In this document: one piece after another, positions 8,912 through 18,233 of the stretch
How positions within the stretch are numbered: position 1 is the stretch's first letter
Layout: every line of letters begins with the position of its first letter
Program-made: the position numbers and the translations under genes
Notes under the pieces: generated by a model
The model's database searches: none
Told to the model about the DNA's origin: nothing
The model's input: the letters and a program-made list of their open reading frames with translations, nothing else
Source: a virus
Lineage: Duplodnaviria; Caudoviricetes
Strand: one strand, 5' to 3'
Length of the DNA stretch: 64,000 bases
IMG/VR virus record: IMGVR_UViG_2887198475_000002

Positions 8912-9825
8912 CGAGCTTTCCTCTTGCTGAGAGCGGTCCGCAGATCGCCCAAGAACCGCTCCGTCCAATCCGCGGCCTCGTCATAGGCGAGGCCGTACGC
9001 GGAGATGGCGTGGTCGGTCAGGGCTTCGACGGAAGGGGGGACGCGCTTGGCGCGCACGTCCGATGCGATGCGGTCCCGGAAATCCCAATAGGATTGCACA
9101 CGCGGTTCCAGGCTTTGGTGCCGCAGCGCGGCTCCGCCTGTCAGGCTGGCGGAATCGGTCCCGTAGCCGGCCACGAGGCCCGCCGGCGCGCCGCCGTCTG
9201 ATTTGGTGAAAATGAAGCCGCCGAGCGACTTGGCGAACGTGCCGACCGGCGCGACGCTGACCTCTGGCACCGATTTGTTGACGGGACAGCGATCCAGCGC
9301 CGTGTTGTTCCAGCGCACGCGCTCGACCACCGCCACGCGGTTCTGCGACTTCGGGTCGAATCGCACGGACTTCGCCAGCACCGCGCCGCCCACGCTGGCG
9401 AACCACTTCGCGGGAGGCTGCTGCTTGGTCAGGCTGTCCCAGACCATGTTCGCGTTGCGCGCCATGGGAGACGAGCCGGTATAGAGCTGGGCCTTAACGA
9501 ACGTCCGGTTGCCGTCTATGCGGACCGCAACCGGGCGCCCAACCTCATAATCGTAATGGTTGGGGATGCCAGCCTTTGGGCCAAGTATAGTGTAGTGCGA
9601 TAAATCTACATTGCCGTGGCGTATGTAATAATCTGAGCTATCCGCCAGGGCCTTTTGTAATACAATTTCGCCCTGGTGGTCGGGATCCTCGTTCGACGCC
9701 TCGAAATAGAGGAAACGATTGCCGCCGTCCTCAGACGGGGACGCCTTGAGGACGACGCCAAGCGCCACCCATTCGGGCACCCCAGACAACAGCTCCTCGT
9801 CCCTGCGCGCCGCGCGCTCGTCCAC
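8908..9825 (-). CDS. Prohead protease
   Basis: ASNEDPDHQGEIV..GNVDLSH..SVGG..PVN motifs of HK97-type prohead proteases. Confidence 0.8.
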   Translation of the reverse strand: MDERAARRDEELLSGVPEWVALGVVLKASPSEDGGNRFLYFEASNEDPDHQGEIVLQKALADSSDYYIRHGNVDLSHYTILGPKAGIPNHYDYEVGRPVAVRIDGNRTFVKAQLYTGSSPMARNANMVWDSLTKQQPPAKWFASVGGAVLAKSVRFDPKSQNRVAVVERVRWNNTALDRCPVNKSVPEVSVAPVGTFAKSLGGFIFTKSDGGAPAGLVAGYGTDSASLTGGAALRHQSLEPRVQSYWDFRDRIASDVRAKRVPPSVEALTDHAISAYGLAYDEAADWTERFLGDLRTALSKRKAR

Positions 9826-9887
9826 AGTGGCAACCCCTTGCTCGTGGGGTCCACGATTGCGTCACGACCTGCGCAGGGAGGAGGAAA

Positions 9888-10181
9888 TCAGCCGCCGATG
9901 ATAGGCGGCTGTGGGTCAAGGATGGACTTTGCCCGGGCGATGACGACGGCGAGCTGGCCCTTTTCGAGCGTCAGATCCCGGTAGCGGTCGCCGGCGACGG
10001 GGTCGAGGAGCGCCCGGGGGGCGAGCCGGACAAGATCGGATTGGACCTCGCCCAGCCGCGCCTCCGCCGCGGCGAGGATTTGCCTCTCGGCCGCGGCGGT
10101 CTGCTGGGCGAGCCAAGCTAGGTGAACGAGCCGACGACGCGCGCCGGCCATGTGCTGGTCAGGGGATGGAGCTGCGGCCAT
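9888..10181 (-). CDS. Hypothetical late protein
   Basis: ORF with late motif 13 nt upstream. Confidence 0.65.
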   Translation of the reverse strand: MAAAPSPDQHMAGARRRLVHLAWLAQQTAAAERQILAAAEARLGEVQSDLVRLAPRALLDPVAGDRYRDLTLEKGQLAVVIARAKSILDPQPPIIGG

Positions 10182-10196
10182 GGTGGCAGGCTGCCG

Positions 10197-10499
10197 TCAC
10201 GACCCGGGCTCGCCGGGCTCACCACCGCCTTTCGGCTTCGGCGGCGCCACCAGATCCAGCTCCGCCATCAGCTCCGCCTGCTTCTTGCGGGACAGCTTCC
10301 GGAACGCCAGCACTACCGCCCATGCGTCGCGGGGGACATCCCGGTGGTCCTTTTCCCGTTGGCGGCACCAGCGGTTCACGGTTGGGATGGCCCAGCCGCC
10401 CAACTGCGCCACCCCCTTCTGCCCCAAGCCGGTCTCATCCACAGCGGCGTCGAAGTCACGGGGCAGATCCATGGCCTCCCCGTCCGCAGTCTCGTTCAT
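10197..10499 (-). CDS. HTH transcriptional regulator
   Basis: GLGQKGVAQLGGWAIPTVNRW is an XRE-like HTH. Confidence 0.6.
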   Translation of the reverse strand: MNETADGEAMDLPRDFDAAVDETGLGQKGVAQLGGWAIPTVNRWCRQREKDHRDVPRDAWAVVLAFRKLSRKKQAELMAELDLVAPPKPKGGGEPGEPGS

Positions 10500-10984
10500 G
10501 CCTCGCCCTCGTGCTTGAGCACGAATTGCCCGCGCTCCGTGACCTCCAGCCGCGCCTCCGGGTCGAATGCGCCGCCCGCCCAGGCCCCCAGTTCGCGCGC
10601 GGCGAGGTTCCGGATCGTGGCGAGGCGGATTGGCGGCGAGGCCGCCGGCCCCGCGCTGCCGGATCGGTAGGCTTTCCCGTCCCGCACCAGGGCGCCGGCG
10701 CGCACCAGCTCCGCCAGGGCCGCCCGCTGCGGCGCAGAGAGCGCCGCCCAGGTCGCCCTGGCCGCGGTCAGGCCCAGGCGGTTGTCCCGCATGGCCGCGT
10801 CGAAGTCGGCGAGCACGTCAGCCCGCCCAACGTCGCGCAGGAGGGCGCGCACGCCCTCCCTCTCCCGCTCCGCCCTGGCGTCGAGCAGGGACGCCACATC
10901 ATCGTTTCCCTCGAACCAGCACGGCGGCGTGCCGCCCGGCTTGCATCGGACGGCGCATCCGATCGGGCAGCGCCGATTACTCAT
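10496..10984 (-). CDS. Hypothetical, possible winged-helix protein
   Basis: ATGA coupling; LSAPQRAAL..VTERGQ pattern. Confidence 0.5.
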   Translation of the reverse strand: MSNRRCPIGCAVRCKPGGTPPCWFEGNDDVASLLDARAEREREGVRALLRDVGRADVLADFDAAMRDNRLGLTAARATWAALSAPQRAALAELVRAGALVRDGKAYRSGSAGPAASPPIRLATIRNLAARELGAWAGGAFDPEARLEVTERGQFVLKHEGEA

Positions 10985-11201
10985 AGTGGGGCTTTTCCGC
11001 GGGACGCGCCGGCGAGTTCTCCATCTCATCGGCCTCCTCCTGCATCGCCTGGATGCAAGATTCGCAGTAGGCGGGCGCATCGGCGCTCGTTCCGGTATCG
11101 GCGTCGCAGCGCAGGCAGCGAGTGGCGATGATGCGGATGGTGCTAATTTCGGACACGGCAGCCTCTAGGAACGAGGGCTTGAAAGTGTCTTGGGCACGCA
11201 T
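10977..11201 (-). CDS. Small Zn-finger hypothetical
   Basis: CxxC...CxxC. Confidence 0.45.
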   Translation of the reverse strand: MRAQDTFKPSFLEAAVSEISTIRIIATRCLRCDADTGTSADAPAYCESCIQAMQEEADEMENSPARPAEKPHYE

Positions 11202-11259
11202 AAGCAGCGTCGTTTAAGCAGCCCGGCGTTGAAAGGAATACCCCAAGGCTCTAGGGACC

Positions 11260-11499
11260 TTAATCTTCTTCGGGATCAGCCTCACCGATCAGCCCATTGT
11301 ACCCAAACTCCGCTTCAAGATATTCAAGCGCGGACCAGTCCTGGTCAGTCGGCTTATAACCTGGGCTGGGTTCTTCCCAGTAATCATCATCGTTCAGCTT
11401 GTACCCGGCACCTTCCAAATGCTGGCGCGCCTGCTTCTCGCCACCGGGCCACTCCGCGCGAAGTTTGTCAGATTCTTTAGACATGTTTGTTCCTTTCAT
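11260..11499 (-). CDS. Small acidic hypothetical
   Basis: ORF with AAAGGA SD before an internal ATG. Confidence 0.55.
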   Translation of the reverse strand: MKGTNMSKESDKLRAEWPGGEKQARQHLEGAGYKLNDDDYWEEPSPGYKPTDQDWSALEYLEAEFGYNGLIGEADPEED

Positions 11500-11502
11500 G
11501 GA

Positions 11503-11769
11503 TTAGCTGGAAGGGTTGGCCTTGAACGCGACGGCGTATGATCCATCCCGCTTCCGCAGCAGGACGAGAGAGCCATCTGCTGTCTCCGTGAAGGCGCGAG
11601 CCGACCACAGCTCGCCGAGTGGCGACGTGGCCCAATCATCGAGCGGCGGATCGACACGAACCACACCCAGCATCGGCGCCGCGCGGAATGCTAGCGTTTT
11701 GGCATAGCGCAGGGATCGCGCCTGAAGCGGTGTCCACGTCAGACCGGCGCCAGGGTAGCCCAACGTCAT
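11503..11769 (-). CDS. Hypothetical early protein
   Basis: ATG 11769 after GGAGG SD; upstream extension overlaps promoters. Confidence 0.55.
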   Translation of the reverse strand: MTLGYPGAGLTWTPLQARSLRYAKTLAFRAAPMLGVVRVDPPLDDWATSPLGELWSARAFTETADGSLVLLRKRDGSYAVAFKANPSS

Positions 11770-11869
11770 GTTCGACCTCCGGCTTAGCGGGAAGCGTCGG
11801 ATTTGCGCAGCACGGAGATCAGGGCCTGGGCTTCTGCAATGTGGCGCTGCCTTGTTCTTGGTGTCGGAG

Positions 11870-12245
11870 ACACTACACCATAGGCGCATTGATGGCGCAA
11901 GCCATGCCACAAAGAAAAATGCACCAGAGGCGCGTTTTTCTTTTGCCAGACCGCGGCGACGAAGGCCCGCGCCTTGGCCCCCTCGATCGCCTCGACGCTG
12001 AACTCTGACGAATTGGTCCGTGCGCCCTCGTGGGCAGCACGAACTGTCCCGCGGCGATTCTTTCACCGCTGATCGAACGCGAATGAAAGCTGCTGGAACG
12101 GCCCGGCCTCTGTGCGGAACATCGCTGACTCCTCTTTGCAGGCAAACAACACCACAGGCGCATTGCGCGTTCAATCCACAACCACAAAAAATGCACCAGA
12201 GGCGCATTTTTATTTTGCAACATTGATGCGCCTGTGGTGTTGTTG
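11870..12245. promoter_or_regulatory. Divergent early promoter/operator region
   Basis: Five CACCANAGGCGC boxes (11876, 11922, 12150, 12194, inverted 12227); three lie in TTGnnn-17-TGT(T/A)GT promoter spacers. Confidence 0.75.
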
Positions 12246-12264
12246 GTGCCGAAGGAGAACGGCG

Positions 12265-12897
12265 ATGTCGAACCGCAAACTTGAAGCTGCGATCAGCCAA
12301 GGTAGCTTGTTTGACCTGCTGGCTGCCCAGGCCCCCCAAGCCTCGCGTCGCCTTCTGATCCTGCAATGCGGGAAGTCGAAGAACCCGGCCGAAGGCAAGA
12401 TACCGGCCCGGGACCGCTACACCGGCCCGCTGTGGACGACGCTCCGCAACGCCGATCCCAACGGAGAGCGCACCCAGGTTGCGGCGCTCTCGGCCAAATA
12501 CGGCCTGATCCGCGGCAGCCGCGAAATCGATAACTACGATCTAGAAATGACAGACCGGATTGCCGAGCAGATGTTGTTTGGCGGCGGAAGCGCCCTCTAT
12601 CCCGTCGCCGAGCCCTGCAAGGCCAAGACCGAGGCCGGTCGGGACCGCTACCGGGCGAAGCTGGCCGCCATGGGCCGGACCTCCCCGTTCCGCGAGATCG
12701 TCCTGACCGAGCGCGCCGCCGGCGCGCCTCTCACCGAAATCTGCATCGTCGGCGGGCACCGCTATTGCCGCGTCGCCGAAGCCCTGCTGGCCGAGTTTCG
12801 GCTGATGGGCATCCTTTCCCCGTCATGCAAGATCACCATCATCAACGACGAGATCGGCATGATGCGGAAGCGGATGAAGGAGTGGATTGCGGCTTAA
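12265..12897 (+). CDS. DUF6884-like protein
   Basis: LQCGKSK..PARDRYTG..LSAKYGLI..NYD motifs; GAAGGAG SD. Confidence 0.7.
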   Translation: MSNRKLEAAISQGSLFDLLAAQAPQASRRLLILQCGKSKNPAEGKIPARDRYTGPLWTTLRNADPNGERTQVAALSAKYGLIRGSREIDNYDLEMTDRIAEQMLFGGGSALYPVAEPCKAKTEAGRDRYRAKLAAMGRTSPFREIVLTERAAGAPLTEICIVGGHRYCRVAEALLAEFRLMGILSPSCKITIINDEIGMMRKRMKEWIAA

Positions 12898-12922
12898 TCA
12901 GAAAAAACGAAAGGAACTGGCT

Positions 12923-13192
12923 ATGGCCACGAACGCACCGTTCCCCCTGGCGGCTTCCGACAAAGCCCTGATCCTGGCAGCCCTCCGGGCCTACACCCCG
13001 CCGGCGCTCCTCGATCTTGAGGACTTGGGCGGGCTGATCGACAGCATCGAACAGGCCGGCAACGTCTACCTCGACTACGCGGACGCCCCGCCCGCCTGCG
13101 AGATCGACATTGAAAAATTCGATGACATGGACTGCCGGCCGCTGCGGGACCGCGGCGAGGAGCAGTTCATGCACAACGCCTGCGACTGGTGA
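12923..13192 (+). CDS. Hypothetical
   Basis: AAGGA SD; part of operon. Confidence 0.55.
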   Translation: MATNAPFPLAASDKALILAALRAYTPPALLDLEDLGGLIDSIEQAGNVYLDYADAPPACEIDIEKFDDMDCRPLRDRGEEQFMHNACDW

Positions 13193-13206
13193 GAAGGGAA
13201 GCAGAC

Positions 13207-13656
13207 ATGACAATCGCACGCGAATCCTATCGCGCCACCTACCGCATCACCCGCGTCATGTGGAAAGGCCAACGCCAGCAGAATGACATGAGAGGTGCCC
13301 TTCGCGAGCGCCTGGGACTGTCCTTGGAGGAGGCCATCGCCTCCGCCGCCGGCGCGCACCCGCGGGCCTGGGATGCGGCCTGGAATGCCACGTTCCGCCC
13401 CCTGCCGTCCCAGCAGTGGAACCGGGTTGAGGCCGCCTGGGGCAACGTTCACGGGGATTGGGACATCTCGTTCCGCATGGCGGTTCGCCGCCAGCTCAAG
13501 ATAGCGCGCCAGATCCGCCATGAGCGCCAGATGTTCGTGCGTGGGCTGCCGGAGCGTGAGCAGCGGTTCTGGGAGTTCGACCGGCACGCCAAGGCTATCG
13601 CCCAGGGGAAGCCGGCGCGTAGCGGCATCGCCTCCGGCACAGAGCTGGCGGCATGA
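13207..13656 (+). CDS. Hypothetical
   Basis: ATGA-coupled to the next gene. Confidence 0.6.
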   Translation: MTIARESYRATYRITRVMWKGQRQQNDMRGALRERLGLSLEEAIASAAGAHPRAWDAAWNATFRPLPSQQWNRVEAAWGNVHGDWDISFRMAVRRQLKIARQIRHERQMFVRGLPEREQRFWEFDRHAKAIAQGKPARSGIASGTELAA

Positions 13657-14057
13657 CCACCAGCACCGTGCAGCTCACGCTCGCGGAGGCCGAGCTGCTG
13701 GAACACCGCCTGTCGATCCCTGACTGCATCGCCGACGCGATCGGCGATTACCGCGAGGACGAGGACGGGAACGAAGTCCCCTGCCCGTGGACGCGGGATC
13801 AGATCGAGGCAAGTACCCGCGGCTTGCTCGCCCAGGTCGAGAGCCGGCGCTGCATCGACCTGACGGACGATCTGGCGGTTGAGATCGCCGAGGATTGCAT
13901 GAGCGGTTCGACGTTCTTTGCTGACATTGACGATGCGGTGGCGACGGGAGAGCTGACGAAGGAGCAGGCCGCCGCCTACCGGAGTGCCGCGAAAAGCCTC
14001 TGCCGCAAACTCAGCAAAGCCGCCGGCCGCAAGCTGGATGGCTTCCCGCCGGCCTGA
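13653..14057 (+). CDS. Hypothetical
   Basis: Coupled ORF with high GC3. Confidence 0.6.
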   Translation: MTTSTVQLTLAEAELLEHRLSIPDCIADAIGDYREDEDGNEVPCPWTRDQIEASTRGLLAQVESRRCIDLTDDLAVEIAEDCMSGSTFFADIDDAVATGELTKEQAAAYRSAAKSLCRKLSKAAGRKLDGFPPA

Positions 14058-14058
14058 A

Positions 14059-14589
14059 ATGCCCCGCATCCCGGGCATGAACGACCTGTTTGCTGGGACC
14101 GCATACAGCGGCCCCGGCGCAGTCTGCGGCATCTGCGGCCGCGCCCTGAAAAATCCCGCCAGCATCGAGCGGAGCATCGGCCCCGTCTGCGCTGGCAGCG
14201 CCCATCCAAAGACCACCAGCAAGGAGGCTGAGGAAATGCGCGCTCGATACACGACGGAGGTGGAAACGGTGCTCGGCATAGCCGCCATCACCATCCGCGA
14301 TACCGGGCACGACAGCACCAAGAGCGTGACCAATGATGCCGAACGTGTGGTCCTCGATCTGCGGGAGCGTGGCTTCAAGCTGAACATGCCCGTCATCTAC
14401 TGCGACAGTATGGGCCGCTGGGACGGTCTGACGATCCGCAACGGCGTGTTCGCCGGCTTCTACCCGCTCAATTCCCCCGGCAGCACCGACTACAAGGAAG
14501 CCAGGGTGATGCTCGCCACCATGATGGCGTTGCGCGATCAGCGCCTGGGCGACGCCACGCCCCGCGGTCCGGTGTCGGTGGAGGATTGA
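14059..14589 (+). CDS. DUF6011-like Zn-finger fusion protein
   Basis: CGICGRAL.NPASIERSIGPVC. Confidence 0.7.
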   Translation: MPRIPGMNDLFAGTAYSGPGAVCGICGRALKNPASIERSIGPVCAGSAHPKTTSKEAEEMRARYTTEVETVLGIAAITIRDTGHDSTKSVTNDAERVVLDLRERGFKLNMPVIYCDSMGRWDGLTIRNGVFAGFYPLNSPGSTDYKEARVMLATMMALRDQRLGDATPRGPVSVED

Positions 14590-14774
14590 CCGTGAGCGAC
14601 CCTCTTTTTCTCATGTTTCTGGCGTGCGCTGCCAGCCTCGCCGGGGGGCCGTTCATGATCCACGGCACACGCTCCCTCAAGGTGGGCGCGCCGGATTGGG
14701 GCGCCATGAGCATCGGCATAGCCTTCCAGGCCGTGGCTTTCCTCCTCGTCATCGTATCCATTCGGAACACTTGA
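14586..14774 (+). CDS. Small two-TM membrane protein
   Basis: Two hydrophobic stretches. Confidence 0.5.
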   Translation: MTVSDPLFLMFLACAASLAGGPFMIHGTRSLKVGAPDWGAMSIGIAFQAVAFLLVIVSIRNT

Positions 14775-14776
14775 CC

Positions 14777-15217
14777 GTGCAACGCGAAGAAAGCCCCAGC
14801 TCTGATCCGGCGCCCAATGCGCCGGAGGAGCCTGTCCTGATCTTCAAACACAACCGCGGCTACTACCGGCCGAACGAGTGCGGCTACACCAACTGCACCC
14901 GCTACGCCGGGCACTACCCGCGGCCCCAGGCGGAGGAAATCGCGGCGATCGAGCCGGAGAATTTCACCCTCTACCCGGTGCCACAGGACCCGCCGGAGCT
15001 GGAAGCCCTGGCGGAGTCCATGTTCCTCGCCGACTGCGAGGAGCCTGATGCGCACAAGCGGAAGATCGGAGGCGTTCCGGCCGAGTATGCCCGCTGGGGC
15101 GAGGGGTGCGGGACGCAGATCGGCATGACAGCGTGCGAGAGCTACCGCCGCCGCGCGCGCATGGTCCTGTCGCTGCTGGCCCAGCAGCGCATCAGCATAA
15201 TCCGGGGAGACGGCTAA
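14777..15217 (+). CDS. Hypothetical
   Basis: YYRPNECGYT..AGHY, a motif common in phage proteins. Confidence 0.55.
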   Translation: MQREESPSSDPAPNAPEEPVLIFKHNRGYYRPNECGYTNCTRYAGHYPRPQAEEIAAIEPENFTLYPVPQDPPELEALAESMFLADCEEPDAHKRKIGGVPAEYARWGEGCGTQIGMTACESYRRRARMVLSLLAQQRISIIRGDG

Positions 15218-15219
15218 CC

Positions 15220-15504
15220 ATGCGATCCCGCTACACGACCGAGATCGTCAACAACGTGATCTGCATTGAGGACACGGGCGACGAACATTGGGACGAGACG
15301 CGCAGTGTCACCGATGACTTGGACAACGTCATCGCCGACCTGAAAGAGCGCGGCTTCGATCTGACCCTTCCCATCATCTACAAAGATACAGAGACGGGAC
15401 TCTGGGATGCCGTGATGGTCCGCGACGATCGCTTCGATGGCTTCCAGCGACTCTGCGTGGAATCGCGGTCTGCCGCCATCTTTGAAGTCACGCGCGAGGA
15501 CTGA
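15220..15504 (+). CDS. Hypothetical, paralog of the C-terminal domain of 14059-14589
   Basis: MRxRYTTE..DTG..SVT.D..DL.ERGF.L..P.IY.D..WD shared. Confidence 0.65.
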   Translation: MRSRYTTEIVNNVICIEDTGDEHWDETRSVTDDLDNVIADLKERGFDLTLPIIYKDTETGLWDAVMVRDDRFDGFQRLCVESRSAAIFEVTRED

Positions 15505-15505
15505 G

Positions 15506-16198
15506 ATGTCAGGCGCCCCACGAGAGCAGTACCGCGGCGCCGCCCTCGTGGGGCGGGTGTCTGGGGGAGCACCCCTGCCCGTCTGGATGGATCTCGTGAC
15601 GATCGAGTGGCCCGAAGTGCCGGAGCTGCACCGGAAGGAACTGCCGAGGCAAAAGGCGAAGCTCCTCGTGGATTGGGCCGTGGACTGCGGGCGGGACCAG
15701 ACGAAGCTGCCTCCCCCCTACACGGCCATTCACCCCAACCCGGGGCCGGGCGCTGTGGCCACCGCGCCACCACCGCCTCCGGATCCGCCGCGCCTCGCGC
15801 TCGACCCGCCGAATCCAGGCGCGGCAGAAGCTGCGGCGCAGCTCCGCGCCGCGCTGGACAGCGGCCAGCCGCTGAAAGCCGGGGCGGCCATGCACATCAA
15901 GGCCGGGCGCAACAGCGGGTGGTTCCTCACCTTCCCAGCCGTCTCCGGCCTGCGCCGATTCCATGGGCAGAATGGAGCAGCCTACACCCACGCCCTCCTG
16001 CCAGCCTGGGAATACCAGCCGGCCGAGCTGCGGGAGATGCTTGGCGACTTGGAGGACTTGGCTGCCGGCAAGGGGCAGCCGACGAAGGAGACGACACCGG
16101 TGAAACCGCCGCCGGTGAAGCCACCGCCAGCGAAGCCCGCCGCAGCCGGCGGGAACCGCAAATACCAACGCGACGAAAATGGAAGGCTCGTGTTCTGA
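15506..16198 (+). CDS. Pro-rich hypothetical
   Basis: ORF in operon. Confidence 0.55.
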   Translation: MSGAPREQYRGAALVGRVSGGAPLPVWMDLVTIEWPEVPELHRKELPRQKAKLLVDWAVDCGRDQTKLPPPYTAIHPNPGPGAVATAPPPPPDPPRLALDPPNPGAAEAAAQLRAALDSGQPLKAGAAMHIKAGRNSGWFLTFPAVSGLRRFHGQNGAAYTHALLPAWEYQPAELREMLGDLEDLAAGKGQPTKETTPVKPPPVKPPPAKPAAAGGNRKYQRDENGRLVF

Positions 16199-16527
16199 TG
16201 AACATGCGACGCATCATTCTGGCCGCCGTCTTGTTCTGCGCCACGTCAGGCCCCGTGCTGGCGAAGGCCGCACCGCAGGCCGTCTGCGCCGACTATGCGG
16301 CGATGGCTCAACAATTCGCGCAGGATCGCGACGAAGGCATAGCCGAGGACGAACAGCGCAAGACCGTCCGACTGCTGTACCAATACAGCCCGACCCCAGG
16401 CGCCCAGGAACGCCTCGCCCTCGCGGAACAAATCATCACTGCGGTCTACAGCACCGCGGTTGATGTGCCGCCCAACGCTATGAAAGGCATGATCTATAAC
16501 CAGTGCATCAACGGCGGCCGCAGGTAG
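16198..16527 (+). CDS. Small secreted protein
   Basis: Signal peptide MNMRRIILAAVLF..; Cys pair. Confidence 0.6.
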   Translation: MNMRRIILAAVLFCATSGPVLAKAAPQAVCADYAAMAQQFAQDRDEGIAEDEQRKTVRLLYQYSPTPGAQERLALAEQIITAVYSTAVDVPPNAMKGMIYNQCINGGRR

Positions 16528-16528
16528 C

Positions 16529-16633
16529 ATTACCGCAAAGCAGGCGCGCAAGCTGGTGCTCCTGCGCGATGCGGACGGGTGGCTCCTCTGCCCATATTGC
16601 GACGGCCGTGCGAAGCTAGTGACCCTTCTCTGA
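16529..16633 (+). pseudogene. DUF3268-like Zn-finger gene, 5' fragment
   Basis: Own translation ..WLLCPYCDGRAKLV then stop; no start codon. Confidence 0.55.
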
Positions 16634-16869
16634 CATTTTGTCGACGAGACCGAATGGCCGGTCTTAGCCGGAAGCGGAATGGCGGTTTTGCGGGGGGTTC
16701 GTCAAAGAGCGGACTTCATGGATCGTCACTCTGGACGACGGGTGTTTCAACGAACCCCAATATGTTATGCTCTGTTCGGGGTAGGCTCCTGATCGCTTTC
16801 CCGCCGCAGTAGGGGTAAGCTCTGCCTCCTACGCGCGACATTCAGGCGCAAAGGAGAGGAAGAGGCAAC

Positions 16870-17553
16870 TTGGCGACCTACAGCAAGACGATCATCTGTC
16901 TGGCGAACTCGTGGAAACTCGGCGCGCGATGCATCGCCGGAAAAGTCGTAACCCCGCAAGGTTTTGGCGAGTGGATACGACCTATAGGTACAGCAGACCA
17001 CGGCGCGGTCTCGTATCAAGACCGCCATTATGACGGAGGCGCTGACCCCGCCTTGCTCGACGTCATTGAAATCCAGATGTCGTCGAAGTCTCAGCATGCA
17101 TTTCAAGTTGAAAACCATAATATCGACAATCAATGGTATTGGAGGCTGGTCCGAAGAGCCGCACCTGCGGAACTCGACAAAGCCCTAGACCCGCTTCAAC
17201 GCGACCTATGGGGCACTTCTCTCTTTTCCAGCGGCAGCGGCGCCAACGACCGTGTTGCGGAACATATCGCGCCGAACTTCGGTTATTCCTTGCGGCTCAT
17301 ACATGTAGCTGACCTAGAAATTCGAGTTTCTGTAGAAAATCCGAGTTTTACTAATAAAAAGACAGTGCGAGGTTATTTTACGTACTCCGGAGCCAGGTAT
17401 GGATTGGCTGTCACTGACCCAGAGACTAGATCGCTCTATATTTCTAGACCAGAAGCAACTTACCCTGTTGGGGCAGCGATTTTATGTGTTAGTCTTGGTG
17501 AGCCATTAAATGGGTATGTCTATAAGCTGATTGCAGGGGTGTTCCTGCCTTGA
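16870..17553 (+). CDS. Dual OB-fold domain protein
   Basis: ICLANSWKLGARCIAG..WIRPI..SL.LI..Y.LAVTDP..VSLGE..YKLIAGV. Confidence 0.75.
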   Translation: MATYSKTIICLANSWKLGARCIAGKVVTPQGFGEWIRPIGTADHGAVSYQDRHYDGGADPALLDVIEIQMSSKSQHAFQVENHNIDNQWYWRLVRRAAPAELDKALDPLQRDLWGTSLFSSGSGANDRVAEHIAPNFGYSLRLIHVADLEIRVSVENPSFTNKKTVRGYFTYSGARYGLAVTDPETRSLYISRPEATYPVGAAILCVSLGEPLNGYVYKLIAGVFLP

Positions 17554-18233
17554 GCGCGTCGTTTACCAGAGTAAGCGAGGAGGAAGCCGTGGAGCCAAGA
17601 GAGGGTACCAAGGTGCTCACAATTGGGCACTCCACGCTTGCCCTCGATTCATTTCTCAATCTGCTTAAAAAGGCAGGAGTAACAGCCGTTGCTGACGTGC
17701 GAAGCACGCCATTTTCACGGCGCTCCCCACACTTCAGCCGTGACGAATTTCGTGCCGCGCTCAGGGAAATCGGAATTAAATATGTGTTCCTCGGCAAAGA
17801 GCTGGGTGGTCGCCCTCGCGCCAGCAACCTCTATTGCGACGGAGTTGCGGACTATGAAAAAATGGCTGTGGAGCCTGCCTTTCTGAAAGGCATTGAGCGG
17901 ATTGTCAAAGGCTCCAATGAGCATACGATTGCGCTCATGTGCTCGGAACATAACCCGCTAGATTGTCACCGCTGCCTTTTAGTCGGGAGAGCGCTAGCAG
18001 CGCGTAAAATTTTACTCGGGCACATATTGAGTGATGGAAAGACCGTTACCCAATACCAGATAGAAGAAAAGCTTTTAGCTTTATCTGGTTCTGAAAATAA
18101 AGACATGTTTGCAACTCGCGAAGAACTACTGGCTGCTGCCTATCGGTCAAGGGCGAGATCCGTCGCCTACCGGGAACCCGCGCGAGAACTGATGGCGCCG
18201 GCCGCACCGCATTGGTCTGATCATGCCTTTTGA
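17550..18233 (+). CDS. DUF488 family protein
   Basis: TIGHS..DVRSTPFS..ELGGR..LMCSEHNPLDCHR. Confidence 0.9.
   Translation: MSASFTRVSEEEAVEPREGTKVLTIGHSTLALDSFLNLLKKAGVTAVADVRSTPFSRRSPHFSRDEFRAALREIGIKYVFLGKELGGRPRASNLYCDGVADYEKMAVEPAFLKGIERIVKGSNEHTIALMCSEHNPLDCHRCLLVGRALAARKILLGHILSDGKTVTQYQIEEKLLALSGSENKDMFATREELLAAAYRSRARSVAYREPARELMAPAAPHWSDHAF

Noticed and set aside
11770-12366. Long upstream extensions of ORFs 11503-12366 and 12112-12897
   Set aside because: They overlap operators/promoters; good SD sites support shorter starts at 11769 and 12265.
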